A stretch of DNA of 63,594 bases, the filler included, from Choristocarpus tenellus KU-1152 (lineage: Eukaryota > Protista > Phaeophyceae): NCBI GenBank assembly GCA_964200185.2. It is 11 parts of 11 records of this genome, joined end to end, with 100 filler letters (N's around TTAATTAATTAA, not from the genome) between each part and the next. Parts side by side here need not be neighbours in the genome. Positions count along the whole stretch, not along the records: positions 56,923 to 63,594 come from CAXNAD020007602.1; 10 more parts are not named here. One strand, 5' to 3'. The notes under the pieces were generated by a model. It had not been told where the DNA came from and made no database searches. It saw only the letters and a list, made by a program, of their open reading frames with translations. The translations under genes were made by a program, and so were the position numbers. How positions within the stretch are numbered: position 1 is the first letter of the stretch; the number at the start of each line of letters is the position of its first letter. Shown piece after piece: positions 63,526 to 63,594 of this stretch.

Positions 63526-63594
63526 TATTTATATTTGGTGGTTTTAACAATGATTTTTAGTAATTCTTGCCTAATTTTTCTTTCTATTAAAAGA

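Noticed and set aside
63167-63594. True telomere at the window end
   Set aside because: The TTAGGG tracts are short and interrupted, are followed by unique sequence, and follow a splice donor of an unfinished RCC2 gene.

Overview
Eukaryotic, intron-rich nuclear DNA, most likely from a brown alga or related stramenopile. This is inferred from TTAGGG repeats, long GT-AG introns and an Ectocarpus-style Pmp/beta-helix gene. The window is not one locus. It is 11 short contigs joined by ten artificial 100-bp N44-TTAATTAATTAA-N44 linkers, so adjacency across linkers means nothing. Spliced genes I can reconstruct: the 3' end of a MenC/PHYLLO o-succinylbenzoate synthase-domain gene, a secreted Pmp-like beta-helix protein, an RDH12-like short-chain dehydrogenase, SEC11 head-to-head with a PPR-like gene, RCC2, and one large exon of unknown product. 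The rest is decayed transposons (two Ty1/copia, mariner, hAT, a DIRS/Ngaro-type tyrosine-recombinase retroelement), satellites and local duplications. The most striking unexplained structure is about 20 copies of a three-subfamily MITE system. The copies share an AAAGTATCT terminus and an AAA(T/C)GGAC subterminal box, make mostly 4-bp TSDs, insert into other TEs and into each other, and two have matching empty sites in the window. I found no CRISPR array, RNA gene or prokaryote-type system.
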